From NCBI GenBank assembly GCA_963841915.1, contig CAWJEN010000006.1, forward strand, positions 1,184,001 to 1,248,000: 64,000 nt of DNA. The letters run 5' to 3'. Below the pieces are notes generated by a model. The model was not told the DNA's origin. It saw nothing but the letters and a program-made list of their open reading frames with translations, and did no database searches. Each line of letters opens with the position of its first letter. Within the stretch, counting starts at the first letter, position 1. The translations under genes and the position numbers were made by a program. The DNA comes from an uncultured Planctomycetota bacterium (GTDB lineage: Bacteria > Planctomycetota > Phycisphaerae > Tepidisphaerales > Tepidisphaeraceae). Below are positions 29,786 to 38,357 of the stretch, piece after piece.

Positions 29786-30127
29786 TCAGGCGGCGGCCTC
29801 GATCTCGGCACGAAGATGCTCGACAATCCAGTCGTTCATGCTTTTACCGGCCATGGTGGCCGAGTCTTCGATTTGGCGGTGAAGGACGCTGTCCATGCGG
29901 AGCAGAACGCGTCCGCTCTTAGGCTTTTGCGGCTGAATGCCATCTCGCTCGCACCAGGCGAGGTAGTCGTCGATGACAGCCGTGAACGACTCGCGGGCCT
30001 CGGCGACGGAGGTACCTTCAAAGTGCAGCACGTCCCGCATGCCCGGCACGGTGCCGCTCATGAGGTTGAGATCTTCCTCGAAGCCGTCGATGACGCCCAC
30101 ATATCCCTTGTGCTTGAAGTGGATCAT
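29786..30127 (-). CDS. hicB: HicB-family antitoxin
   Basis: HKGYVG...DVLHFEG...VIDDYLAWC...KPKSGRVLLRMDSVLH...GKSMNDWI. Confidence 0.92.
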   Translation of the reverse strand: MIHFKHKGYVGVIDGFEEDLNLMSGTVPGMRDVLHFEGTSVAEARESFTAVIDDYLAWCERDGIQPQKPKSGRVLLRMDSVLHRQIEDSATMAGKSMNDWIVEHLRAEIEAAA

Positions 30128-30378
30128 GGCTCGTGTCCTGTCTCTACGAGGAACTGTCGAATGCGCTTCACCAAGGTGCGGCCGCACTCCCGCCGCGGGT
30201 GCGGACGGTGGACAACGAGTCGCACGCCGCTCAACAGAAACCGGACGGACGACCCGCTGGCTTCATCGCTCGTCGCACCGAGAGAGGTAAGCAGGGCCTC
30301 GACCGCCGTCCAGTCGATGTTGCCGCTGACGGGTGTCGCAAAGACAGCTTGAAGCATTCGACAATGCTTGCTGTTCAT
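30124..30378 (-). CDS. hicA: HicA-family toxin
   Basis: MNSKH...VFATPVSGNIDW..VEALL..LGA...GSSVRF...HRPHP; 4-nt overlap with hicB. Confidence 0.9.
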   Translation of the reverse strand: MNSKHCRMLQAVFATPVSGNIDWTAVEALLTSLGATSDEASGSSVRFLLSGVRLVVHRPHPRRECGRTLVKRIRQFLVETGHEP

Positions 30379-30447
30379 TCGACCTTGATATCGCCCCACG
30401 ATACTAGTAATAACAACGTCCGTCCAGTCCTGCAAAAACAACTGCGC

Positions 30448-30473
30448 AAAAAACGCCCGCTTTCGCGGGCGTT
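30448..30473 (-). terminator. Rho-independent terminator after tRNA-Phe
   Basis: Minus strand AACGCCCGC-GAAA-GCGGGCGTT followed by a T-tract. Confidence 0.85.
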
Positions 30474-30482
30474 GTCAGCCAG

Positions 30483-30555
30483 TGGCCAGGGCCGGGATCG
30501 AACCGGCGACAACACGATTTTCAATCGTGCGCTCTACCAACTGAGCTACCTGGCC
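30483..30555 (-). tRNA. tRNA-Phe(GAA)
   Basis: GGCCAGG/CCTGGCC acceptor, anticodon arm CACGA-TT-GAA-AA-TCGTG, GGTTCGATCCC. Confidence 0.97.
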
Positions 30556-30622
30556 AGGTGGGCCACCACGATAGCTCACCGACCCGTCGCCGGCAAGCCG
30601 CCGTCTTGAACTGAAGCACGTC

Positions 30623-31765
30623 TCATCTCGGAACAACGCCGAACAGCACCCGGAAACGCACGAGCAACCAAATCAGCCCCAGCAACGCGACGTCCACCGC
30701 CAGCGCCGACCAGCCGCCCGCCAGCTTCGGCCAAAGTTGTCCGTCGGCGAACTGGGTCAGCTTCGTCAGCGGAACGTGAACCAAAAACACGTACAGCGAC
30801 ACCTGGCCCAGAGGGAGCAGCAACCACCCCAAGCTCCCAGAGACGACACGCCACCACCGGTCGGTGCACCAGTAGATCAGCGGGAAGAAGACGATCGCGT
30901 TGGCCACCCACGCCGCCCCCAACGTGTCGCGGTTCGTCACCCGCCACGCCAGCGACGCGCTCATCGGCACCTCGACGACGCCAGCTCGCCAGATCGCCAG
31001 CGCAATCGATGCCGCCGCCAGCAGCGTGATCGGCAGCGGCCGCGCCACACGCCGCCACACGCCGCCAAGCGACTGGCGGTGCCAGCCCAGCGTCAGCCCC
31101 ACGAAAAACGGCAACTGCCACGCCGAAATGCGAAAGCCGGTGCGGCCGTGCTCGACGAGCCAAAGTCGCGTGTCGATGCCGGGCATCAGCGTCGCGAGCC
31201 AGACGATGACGGTCAGTGCGACAACGACGGCCCACCCCACACGCATCGGCAGCAGCCACAACGCCAGCGGCGTTACCGCCAGGTATACCACGTACCGCGG
31301 CAAGACCTGGAGCAGATACGGCTGGTCGAAGCTCAACAGGCTGTACCAGTGCCAGTTGCTGAAGAACGTCACCTTGTACGTCAGCCCCAGGTGTGGCACG
31401 TCGAACCGCCTGCCGAAGTAATCCCACGCGGCAAAGGCCAGCACCAGTACGAAGTTCGCAAGCCACAATGTTCCCGCCCGCCGCCACAACGCCTTGGAGG
31501 AAGCACCAAGCCCCTGTCGAGCGACCTTCTTTCGGTAGACGACGCCCAGGACGATGCCGCTGATGAAAAAGAACCCGACCGCCGCGTCGACAAAGCCGAT
31601 CGCGTTCATGAGCGGGTGCAGCGGCGACGGCAGCGCGTGGTTCACCACGATCTTCGCCAGGCACAGCCCTCGCAGCAGATCCAGCCGCAGGTCACGACCA
31701 CGCTCGTCCAACCGCGGCAATGGCTCGGCCACTTCAGGCGCAGCGGGCTGCAGAACGTCCGTCAC
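30623..31765 (-). CDS. OpgC-domain polytopic membrane protein (acyltransferase-like)
   Basis: RDLRLDLLRG, DAAVGFFFISG, VLPRY, SAWQLPF, LGQVSLYVFLVH. Confidence 0.85.
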   Translation of the reverse strand: MTDVLQPAAPEVAEPLPRLDERGRDLRLDLLRGLCLAKIVVNHALPSPLHPLMNAIGFVDAAVGFFFISGIVLGVVYRKKVARQGLGASSKALWRRAGTLWLANFVLVLAFAAWDYFGRRFDVPHLGLTYKVTFFSNWHWYSLLSFDQPYLLQVLPRYVVYLAVTPLALWLLPMRVGWAVVVALTVIVWLATLMPGIDTRLWLVEHGRTGFRISAWQLPFFVGLTLGWHRQSLGGVWRRVARPLPITLLAAASIALAIWRAGVVEVPMSASLAWRVTNRDTLGAAWVANAIVFFPLIYWCTDRWWRVVSGSLGWLLLPLGQVSLYVFLVHVPLTKLTQFADGQLWPKLAGGWSALAVDVALLGLIWLLVRFRVLFGVVPR

Positions 31766-31799
31766 ACATTCTTTATCGGCCACCGGCGTCCAGAGCTTC

Positions 31800-33017
31800 T
31801 CAAATGCCCCTTGCCTCATGACGCTCGGCCAACAGTCGCGCCACTTCCTGGCAGTCCTTGTCCCCGCGGCCGCTGTTGCAAACGAGCACGTCGTGGCCCT
31901 CGCCCAGCTCCCTGGCCAATCGCACAGCGCCGGCGAAAGCATGGGCCGTCTCGAGGGCGCACAGGATGCCTTCGGTACGGGCCAGCAGTTGGAATGCGTC
32001 GAGGGCGGCGGTGTCGTCGACGGCTTCGTACTCGACGCGGCCGGTGTCTTTCCAGTAGGCGTGCTCCGGACCGACGCCCGGATAGTCGAGGCCTGCCGAG
32101 GCGCTGTGGACGGAGTCGGTCTGGCCGTCGGCGTTCTGCAGGACGTAGCTGAGCGAGCCGTGCAGGACGCCGGGTTGGCCGAAGGTCAGGGGTGCGGCGT
32201 GGTCACCGTGGCCGTGCCCGCGGCCGCCGGCTTCGGTGCCGATGAGCCGCACGCCCTTGTCTTCGACAAATGGGTAGAACATGCCGGCCGCGTTGCTCCC
32301 GCCGCCGACGCAGGCGACGACGGCATCGGGCAGCTTGTCTGCTTTCTCCTGGAACTGACGCCTTGACTCGTCGCCGATACACCGGTGGAAGTCACGCACC
32401 ATCGCCGGGAACGGGTGCGGGCCGACGACGCTGCCGAGGATGTAGTGCGTCTCGCCGCTCGAGCCCATCCAGTCGCGCATGGCTTCATTCGTCGCGTCTT
32501 TGAGCGTTCGGCTGCCGCTGTCGACCTCGATGACGTTGGCCCCGAGCAGCCGCATGCGAAAGACGTTGAGGTTCTGACGGCGGACGTCTTCGCTGCCCAT
32601 GTAGACGTCGCAAGGCAGCCCGAACTTCGCCGCGGCCGTCGCGGTGGCAACGCCGTGCTGACCCGCGCCGGTCTCGGCAATTACACGCTTCTTGCCCATC
32701 CGCTTGGCCAGCAACGCCTGGCCGATCGTGTTGTTGATCTTGTGCGCGCCGGTGTGCAGCAGGTCTTCACGCTTGTGCCAGATGCGTGCCCCGCCCACTT
32801 CGGCCGTCAGGCGGTCGGCCGACACGAGCAACGTCGGCCGGCCCGCAAAGTCGCGCAGGTAGCCATCGAGCTCAGCCTTGAATTGCGGATCCTTCTTCGC
32901 ATCTTCGTAAGCGGCGTCGAGTTGATCGAGCGCACTGATCAGCGTCTCAGGCACAAATGTTCCGCCGTAGTCGCCAAAGTATCCGCGGCGAGATGGTGGC
33001 GCTTCAAGAACAGGCAT
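31800..33017 (-). CDS. trpB: Tryptophan synthase beta chain
   Basis: [52 protein letters not shown]. Confidence 0.98.
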   Translation of the reverse strand: MPVLEAPPSRRGYFGDYGGTFVPETLISALDQLDAAYEDAKKDPQFKAELDGYLRDFAGRPTLLVSADRLTAEVGGARIWHKREDLLHTGAHKINNTIGQALLAKRMGKKRVIAETGAGQHGVATATAAAKFGLPCDVYMGSEDVRRQNLNVFRMRLLGANVIEVDSGSRTLKDATNEAMRDWMGSSGETHYILGSVVGPHPFPAMVRDFHRCIGDESRRQFQEKADKLPDAVVACVGGGSNAAGMFYPFVEDKGVRLIGTEAGGRGHGHGDHAAPLTFGQPGVLHGSLSYVLQNADGQTDSVHSASAGLDYPGVGPEHAYWKDTGRVEYEAVDDTAALDAFQLLARTEGILCALETAHAFAGAVRLARELGEGHDVLVCNSGRGDKDCQEVARLLAERHEARGI

Positions 33018-33031
33018 GAGTCACTTTACGT

Positions 33032-33149
33032 CCGGAGCAACGCAAGGGGGCGAAGAGGCGAAGGTCCGCGAAGAAGTGAAATTGCCCGGAAGCCGCGTCT
33101 GAGCCGACTTCTGTGCTTCTCGCTTCTTCGCCCCTTCGCGTTCCTCCGG
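33032..33149. repeat. Imperfect inverted-repeat element between divergent trpB and pyrF
   Basis: Arm 33039-33061 (AACGCAAGGGGGCGAAGAGGCGA) matches the reverse complement of 33120-33142 at 20/23; outer CCGGAG/CTCCGG pair; internal GCGAAG reiterations. Confidence 0.75.
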
Positions 33150-33172
33150 CCTCGACCTGCCAACGATGCACC

Positions 33173-34057
33173 ATGCCCTTTGCCAACGACCTGCTCGCGG
33201 CCGTCGCCGATAAGAAGTCGCGGGTCTGTGTCGGCATCGACCCGATGCCCGACCGCCTGCCGGACGAGCTTCGCCCCAAGGCCACCGATCCGCGGTCGAC
33301 CCTCGACAGCGTCTTTGCCTTTGTCGTCGGCGTGCTCGATGCCGTCGCCGACACGGCGGCGTGTGTGAAGTTCCAGTCGGCCTACTTCGAACGTTTCCAC
33401 GCTGACGGCGTGGCGGCCTACTTCGAGCTCGTTGCCGAAGCCAAGGCCAAAGACTTGCTCGTCATCGGCGACGCCAAACGGGGCGACATCGGCGCGACAA
33501 GCACCGCCTACGCCGCGGCCCATCTGACGCCGCACCCGGACGAAGATTCGTCGACGCCGCACGCCCTGACCGTCAATCCGATGCTCGGCCTCGACACGCT
33601 CGAGCCGTTCGTCACAACCGCCGCCGAACACGGCAAGGGCCTGTTCGTTCTCGTCCGCACGAGCAACCCCGGCAGCGTCGAGCTGCAGGACGTTGTGCTC
33701 GACGACGGCCGCACGTGGAGCGAAATGCTCGCCGACAAGCTCGCCCCGCTGGCGGCGGCCAACGCAACAGACGGCGTCAGCCTGGTCGGTGCCGTCGTCG
33801 GAGCGACGCAGCCGCACACAATGCAGTCGCTCCGCAAACGCCTGCCGACGTCGATCTTTCTCTTGCCCGGCTACGGCACCCAAGGCGGCACGGCCGAAAC
33901 CGCCAAAGCCGCCTTCGCCGACGACACCGCCGGCGCCATCGTCTCGGCCAGCCGCAGCGTGCTGTACCCCGATCGCCAAGCTGACGAATCGTGGCAAGCC
34001 GCCATCGCCCGGGCGGCCCGCGACATGCGGGACGACCTTCGAAACGTTGTCGGATAA
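33173..34057 (+). CDS. pyrF: Orotidine-5'-phosphate decarboxylase (subfamily 2)
   Basis: VCVGIDP, KFQSAYFE, DAKRGDIGAT, VLVRTSNPGS, GAVVGAT, LLPGYGTQGG, SASR. Confidence 0.96.
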   Translation: MPFANDLLAAVADKKSRVCVGIDPMPDRLPDELRPKATDPRSTLDSVFAFVVGVLDAVADTAACVKFQSAYFERFHADGVAAYFELVAEAKAKDLLVIGDAKRGDIGATSTAYAAAHLTPHPDEDSSTPHALTVNPMLGLDTLEPFVTTAAEHGKGLFVLVRTSNPGSVELQDVVLDDGRTWSEMLADKLAPLAAANATDGVSLVGAVVGATQPHTMQSLRKRLPTSIFLLPGYGTQGGTAETAKAAFADDTAGAIVSASRSVLYPDRQADESWQAAIARAARDMRDDLRNVVG

Positions 34058-34063
34058 CCCTTG

Positions 34064-34453
34064 TCAGTCGAACGCCCGCTGGAGCACCATGACGTCTTCG
34101 GTTTCGTCAACGTTCTCCAGCGTGTGGACATGCACGAAGCCGCCGCGTTGAAGCCAGGCACGGAGAATGACATCAGGTTGTCTGACAAGCACGATCAGCC
34201 GCCTGGCCGGGTCGCCGATGACTTTGCCGTGCTTGCCCATCGCTGCAACCGCCGCCACCAGCAGGTCGCTGCCGTGGCCGCTGCGTCGGTGTTTTTGGGC
34301 GACTTCTGCGAAGAGCAGTTGATACACGCCACGCTGGCCGCCGAGCTTCGCCCAGACGACGCTGCCATAGGGCCCGCTGATCTCCTGCGAAAACGCCGGC
34401 GGCATGAGCTTCTTCGACGTCGGCATAGGCGGGTTGGCTTCAAGCGTGCTCAC
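34064..34453 (-). CDS. Small GNAT-family N-acetyltransferase
   Basis: EVAQKHRRSGHGSDLL motif A, AWLQRGGF. Confidence 0.7.
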   Translation of the reverse strand: MSTLEANPPMPTSKKLMPPAFSQEISGPYGSVVWAKLGGQRGVYQLLFAEVAQKHRRSGHGSDLLVAAVAAMGKHGKVIGDPARRLIVLVRQPDVILRAWLQRGGFVHVHTLENVDETEDVMVLQRAFD

Positions 34454-34490
34454 GCCCCTGTTCTACGGCACCTTCTAAAGAACCCCCAGT

Positions 34491-34660
34491 TGCCCCCGAG
34501 CCGCGGTCCCACGGATTGCCGGTCCGACGATGCAACAAGCACAGGGCAAACGTTTTCCCGGAAGCCACCTCCCGCATCGCAAGCCGGCTTCCGGGACGAC
34601 ACGTGCCCCGCGCGATGGTCGTCGTCAGACCAGCGGTCCGTGGAAGAGCGGCTCACGGCA
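34491..34660. ncRNA. Candidate structured ncRNA (6S RNA-like rod with central bubble)
   Basis: Nested pairings GAGCCGC/GCGGCTC, CCACGGA/TCCGTGG, GGTC.GACGA/TCGTC.GACC, a ~13-nt bubble, GGGCA/TGCCC and TCCCGGAAGCC/GGCTTCCGGGA over 170 nt of intergenic DNA. Confidence 0.5.
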
Positions 34661-34720
34661 CGTCCTCCTGCACGAATCTGGCCCTTCTTCGAGCGTTGAC
34701 CAGGCGGTACGTTCGTCCCC

Positions 34721-35497
34721 ATGACCGATTCGGCTTGGGCCACACGCAACCTCTTCGGCCACCTCTGGTCCCGGACCAAAGACGCCTGGCACGCCACGCC
34801 CGGTGGCACGCTGCCACGCCTGCTAGGCGGCCTCGTCGTCGCGTGGCTTGTCGCAGGCGTCTTGTGCTTCGTGCTGACCACTGTCGCCAAATCGAGGGCC
34901 GACGACGGCCTTCAAGATTGGGATAGAGCCCAACTGCTCCACGTCGCCGAGTCGACCGGCTGGGCGAGTTGGCCGCCGCTGAAGTTCACCGACGGCATCA
35001 TCCTCGAGTCGCCGGGCAACCTGTTCATTCTCATTCCGGTCACACTCTTTGTCGCCGGCTTTGCACTCTGGCACCGCCGCCTCGTGCTGGCGATCGGCGT
35101 CGTGCTGTGCTACGTCATGGCCCGGTTCCTCATCTGGATCGGCTGGTCGACATGGGACCGCCAACGCCCCGACCTCGTCGCCGACGGCGCAGCCGCGTTG
35201 AGCGCCCACTCGTTTCCCAGCGGCCACGTGATCCTGACGCTCACGACGTACGGCCTGCTCGCATGGCTCTGGATGCGGGCCAGCCGCAGCGTGATCGAGA
35301 AAGTTGTCGCGACTTTCCTGCTGCTCCTACTCGGCTTCGCCGTCGCGATCGCCCGCTTGCGACTCGGCGCGCACTGGCCCAGCGACGTCATCGCCGGCGG
35401 CATTGTCGGCCTCGCCTGGCTTATCGGATGCGCGGCTTCCATCACCTTTGCCGAACGGCACGCTTTCGGCAGGCATCTCCCTGACACCACGGGTTAA
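34721..35497 (+). CDS. PAP2-family membrane phosphatase
   Basis: RQRP, SFPSGH, ARLRLGAHWPSDV. Confidence 0.92.
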   Translation: MTDSAWATRNLFGHLWSRTKDAWHATPGGTLPRLLGGLVVAWLVAGVLCFVLTTVAKSRADDGLQDWDRAQLLHVAESTGWASWPPLKFTDGIILESPGNLFILIPVTLFVAGFALWHRRLVLAIGVVLCYVMARFLIWIGWSTWDRQRPDLVADGAAALSAHSFPSGHVILTLTTYGLLAWLWMRASRSVIEKVVATFLLLLLGFAVAIARLRLGAHWPSDVIAGGIVGLAWLIGCAASITFAERHAFGRHLPDTTG

Positions 35498-35553
35498 GCC
35501 GCTTTCGGGCGAAGCCCATAGCACCTGTCCGCATCATCCCCGACCTCCGGCCG

Positions 35554-35683
35554 GGTGCCACTGATTGGCCACCTTCTGAGGTGGACAACCAGTGTCGGGC
35601 AGAATGAACGTCAACGTGATTGCCACGAGCATCGCTCGCAGACACTGGTTGCCCGCATCAGAATGCGGTCAATCAGTGGCACC
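35554..35683. repeat. REP-like hairpin doublet in inverted orientation (REPIN-like)
   Basis: 43-bp units 35554-35596(+) and 35641-35683(-) share 37/43 nt; each is itself a CACTG...CAGTG hairpin. Confidence 0.85.
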
Positions 35684-35965
35684 GGAGGCAGCGGGAAGGG
35701 GTGACGCGATAGCTGAAAGAGGGCTGATCTAGCGTACTCCTGCGCATGCGCCCGACCTCCGACTCGTTGAGCCGCGGCTCAACGAGTCGGAGGTCGGGCG
35801 CAGGTTGTGACGTGTCCCGCGACAGGTGCTGCGCGATGCCATCCATCAGGCGGATTCGCTCTGACTTGCCCGATCGAGCTCGACGCATGGTAAACCCGCA
35901 ACGAAGACAGCCAGACTCTATCTCGATAGAATTGCACCTTCACGCGTCGGCTTTAGACTTCGGCG

Positions 35966-36664
35966 ATGCGGCTCGCTTCTCGTCGTCGGTGGTTTTGTAG
36001 TTCCTGCATCGGGCTGACTCTGCTGCTCGCCGACAATGCGTTCGGGCAAGACCTGTACATCGGGCCGCTGCCGGAGCAGCCTGCGGCGACAACGACGCCA
36101 GCCAACAGCGGCCATGCCTTCGACGATCCGCGGAACTTCAACGGAAGCCTCGGCTTCGCGATCGGCTACGTCCCGTACATCGAGGACACGACCACCTTCG
36201 ACTATCGCGATGGCTACGCGCTTATCGCCCAATTCGGGTTCGAGCAGGACGACGAGGATCGGCGAAGACGGTCCTACGGCGAGTTTCGTTACGTGCAGGC
36301 AGAAGGTGAGATAACGCCCTCAGCCGTACAAGGCGAGTACCGCCTGCAGTCTATAAGCGGCACGCTCAACGAGATGTTTATGCCGCCCCATGAAGAAGCT
36401 GGCTTCTTCTACGGCGGCGGCTTCGGCTTCGCTCAGATGACGAAAACGCTCGAAGCCGAAGACGGGAGAGACATCAGCGAAGGCTCCTTCGCGTGGCTTG
36501 TGAGGCTCAACGTTGGCGCGGAGCTTCTGTCTTCCGAAAAGTCGTCCCTCAACATCGGCTTCGATCTGGAGGCCGCACTTCCCTACTTCGACGACGATGG
36601 CGAGTCGGGGGCGAGTCTGTTCCTGACGCCGACCGTATATCTGCTCTTCGAGTCGAGGTTCTGA
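35966..36664 (+). CDS. Outer-membrane beta-barrel-like protein
   Basis: Signal peptide, alternating amphipathic strands (FFYGGGFGFA), terminal Phe (LLFESRF). Confidence 0.7.
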   Translation: MRLASRRRWFCSSCIGLTLLLADNAFGQDLYIGPLPEQPAATTTPANSGHAFDDPRNFNGSLGFAIGYVPYIEDTTTFDYRDGYALIAQFGFEQDDEDRRRRSYGEFRYVQAEGEITPSAVQGEYRLQSISGTLNEMFMPPHEEAGFFYGGGFGFAQMTKTLEAEDGRDISEGSFAWLVRLNVGAELLSSEKSSLNIGFDLEAALPYFDDDGESGASLFLTPTVYLLFESRF

Positions 36665-36676
36665 TCTGGCCCGCTG

Positions 36677-37231
36677 GTGACCTGCCGACAGTTCGTTACG
36701 TTGGCATCCGTGACCGCCGCTCTGCGATTTGTCGGGCTGACCCTGCACTACGGGCTCAAGCCGATCTTCCGTGACTTCGAGCTTGAGGTGCGGAACGAAC
36801 AGGTGACGGCCGTCATGGCCGCCAACGGCGTGGGCAAGTCGACGCTCCTCGCCGCCGCGGCCGGGATGGTGCCGCCGTGGCGAGGCTTTGTCGAAGTCGC
36901 CGGCCACCGTCGGCGGGATACGGAAGCGAGCGAGCTGGCGGCACGGCAGGCGAGCGTCTACCTGGCTGCCGACCCGTGGCTGCCTGAGGTGCTGACCGCC
37001 CGCGAATGGGTCGTGACGTGCGGCCGCATCTGGAGTGTCGACGACCGCCGACTGCTCGACCACGCCGGCCGACTCCTGGACCTGTTCGACCTCGGCGAGG
37101 GCGACACGCCGATCAAAGACCTGTCGACGGGCCAGAAGCAGAAGGTCGCGTTGGCCGGTGCGCTGGATTCCGACCGCGGCTGCGACCCCTTTCGCGCTGT
37201 TCGGCAGCTTTCTGCTCGCTCAGCAGGGTGA
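36677..37231 (+). pseudogene. Truncated ABC-transporter ATP-binding protein
   Basis: Walker A AANGVGKST and signature LSTGQKQKVAL present, but homology stops at ~37167 before Walker B and H-loop. Confidence 0.7.
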
Positions 37232-38021
37232 GAAACACGTTTTACCGGTTGTTCTCACCGTGTTGGTGGTCGCTGCGGGCCTGACCTTCGGCACGTTGGC
37301 GCCAGGGGGCGATTGGCGCGGCGAGGTCGCGTCGTGGACGGCCGCTGTCGTTTCGCTTGGCGTGGCAGCGTGGGTTCTGAAGCTGATCCGGAAACTTTTA
37401 GTCGACCTGGCTGCGGGTCGGATTCGGCAGCGGGAGAGCGCCTGGCAGCTCTGGCTCGATCCGAGTCGGTCGGGTCAGTTTGCGGAGCGGTCGCGAATGG
37501 TCGCGCCGGCGACGTGGCCGGAGACGGAGTGCGGGTGGAACCGCGCTTTGCCAATCATGGCTGCCGTGCTAGCAACGTGGTCTCTTGCCTCAATCGGGAC
37601 AGCTCAAATTGCAGAACTTGACGACGTGACGCCTTTGCTCGGCCTGACGGCACTGGTCACATTGATCGGCTTTTCCTGTGAAATTGCCCTGTATGGCGTC
37701 GGTAAGGTGTCGCTCGCCCTGGTGTCGATGCCGACGCGGGGCAGGCCGCGGCTGAGGCATCTTGTGCTCCGCTGGCTGCTCGCCGGGACAGCGTGCGGCG
37801 GGATCATCTGGCTGTTGTTCGGCCTCGGCTGGCCGATGGAGGTTTACCTCCCGCTCGCCGTCGAGGCGGCGATGAGCATCGTGCTGTTCGTCGGCCCGAC
37901 ACGACGCCGCTGGCGACTGACGGCGATGACGTTCGGATCGACTCAGCCGCAGAAGCAGCAAGTCGATGCAAAGCTGCCGCCGCTGGCTCGCGGGGAGAAG
38001 GTGCCGTACAGAGTCGGGTAG
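37161..38021 (+). pseudogene. C-terminal fragment of a polytopic membrane protein (probable ABC permease)
   Basis: Multiple hydrophobic helices from ~37165 with no credible start codon; begins exactly where the ATPase homology ends. Confidence 0.55.
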
Positions 38022-38180
38022 TGCGTGGCGAGGTTGCGCAACGGCGGCCGCGGCGGCGGGTGTTGGCGGCGGACGCACTGAACGTCGCCAGGTACCACCC
38101 TTGTCGCACCAGCGCCGGGATGGGCCGATGACCCCATACCGCACGGCGGACGACCCGCCGACGGACTGGCGGACACACAA

Positions 38181-38196
38181 TGTTTCACGTGGAACA
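38181..38196. promoter_or_regulatory. parS: parS centromere-like site
   Basis: TGTTTCACGTGGAACA matches the consensus TGTTNCACGTGRAACA. Confidence 0.9.
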
Positions 38197-38246
38197 TCGG
38201 CCGAGACCTCGAAACCCGGCTGCCGACCCGTGGCGAGGGTTGGCAA

Positions 38247-38262
38247 TGTTCCACGTGGAACA
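38247..38262. promoter_or_regulatory. parS: parS centromere-like site
   Basis: TGTTCCACGTGGAACA perfect palindrome (20-bp with flanks AA/TT). Confidence 0.92.
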
Positions 38263-38357
38263 TTCCAGCTCCGCCGCCGCCCGCCCCGACCCACTTGGCC
38301 GCCGCCGCGCAGCGCCGAGCTCGGCCTTCGCTTCAAGAACCGACCCTGAGCCACGAC

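Noticed and set aside
38040..38310. GC-rich inverted repeats around the parS pair
   Set aside because: Low-complexity GGC/GCC runs expected by chance at this GC content.
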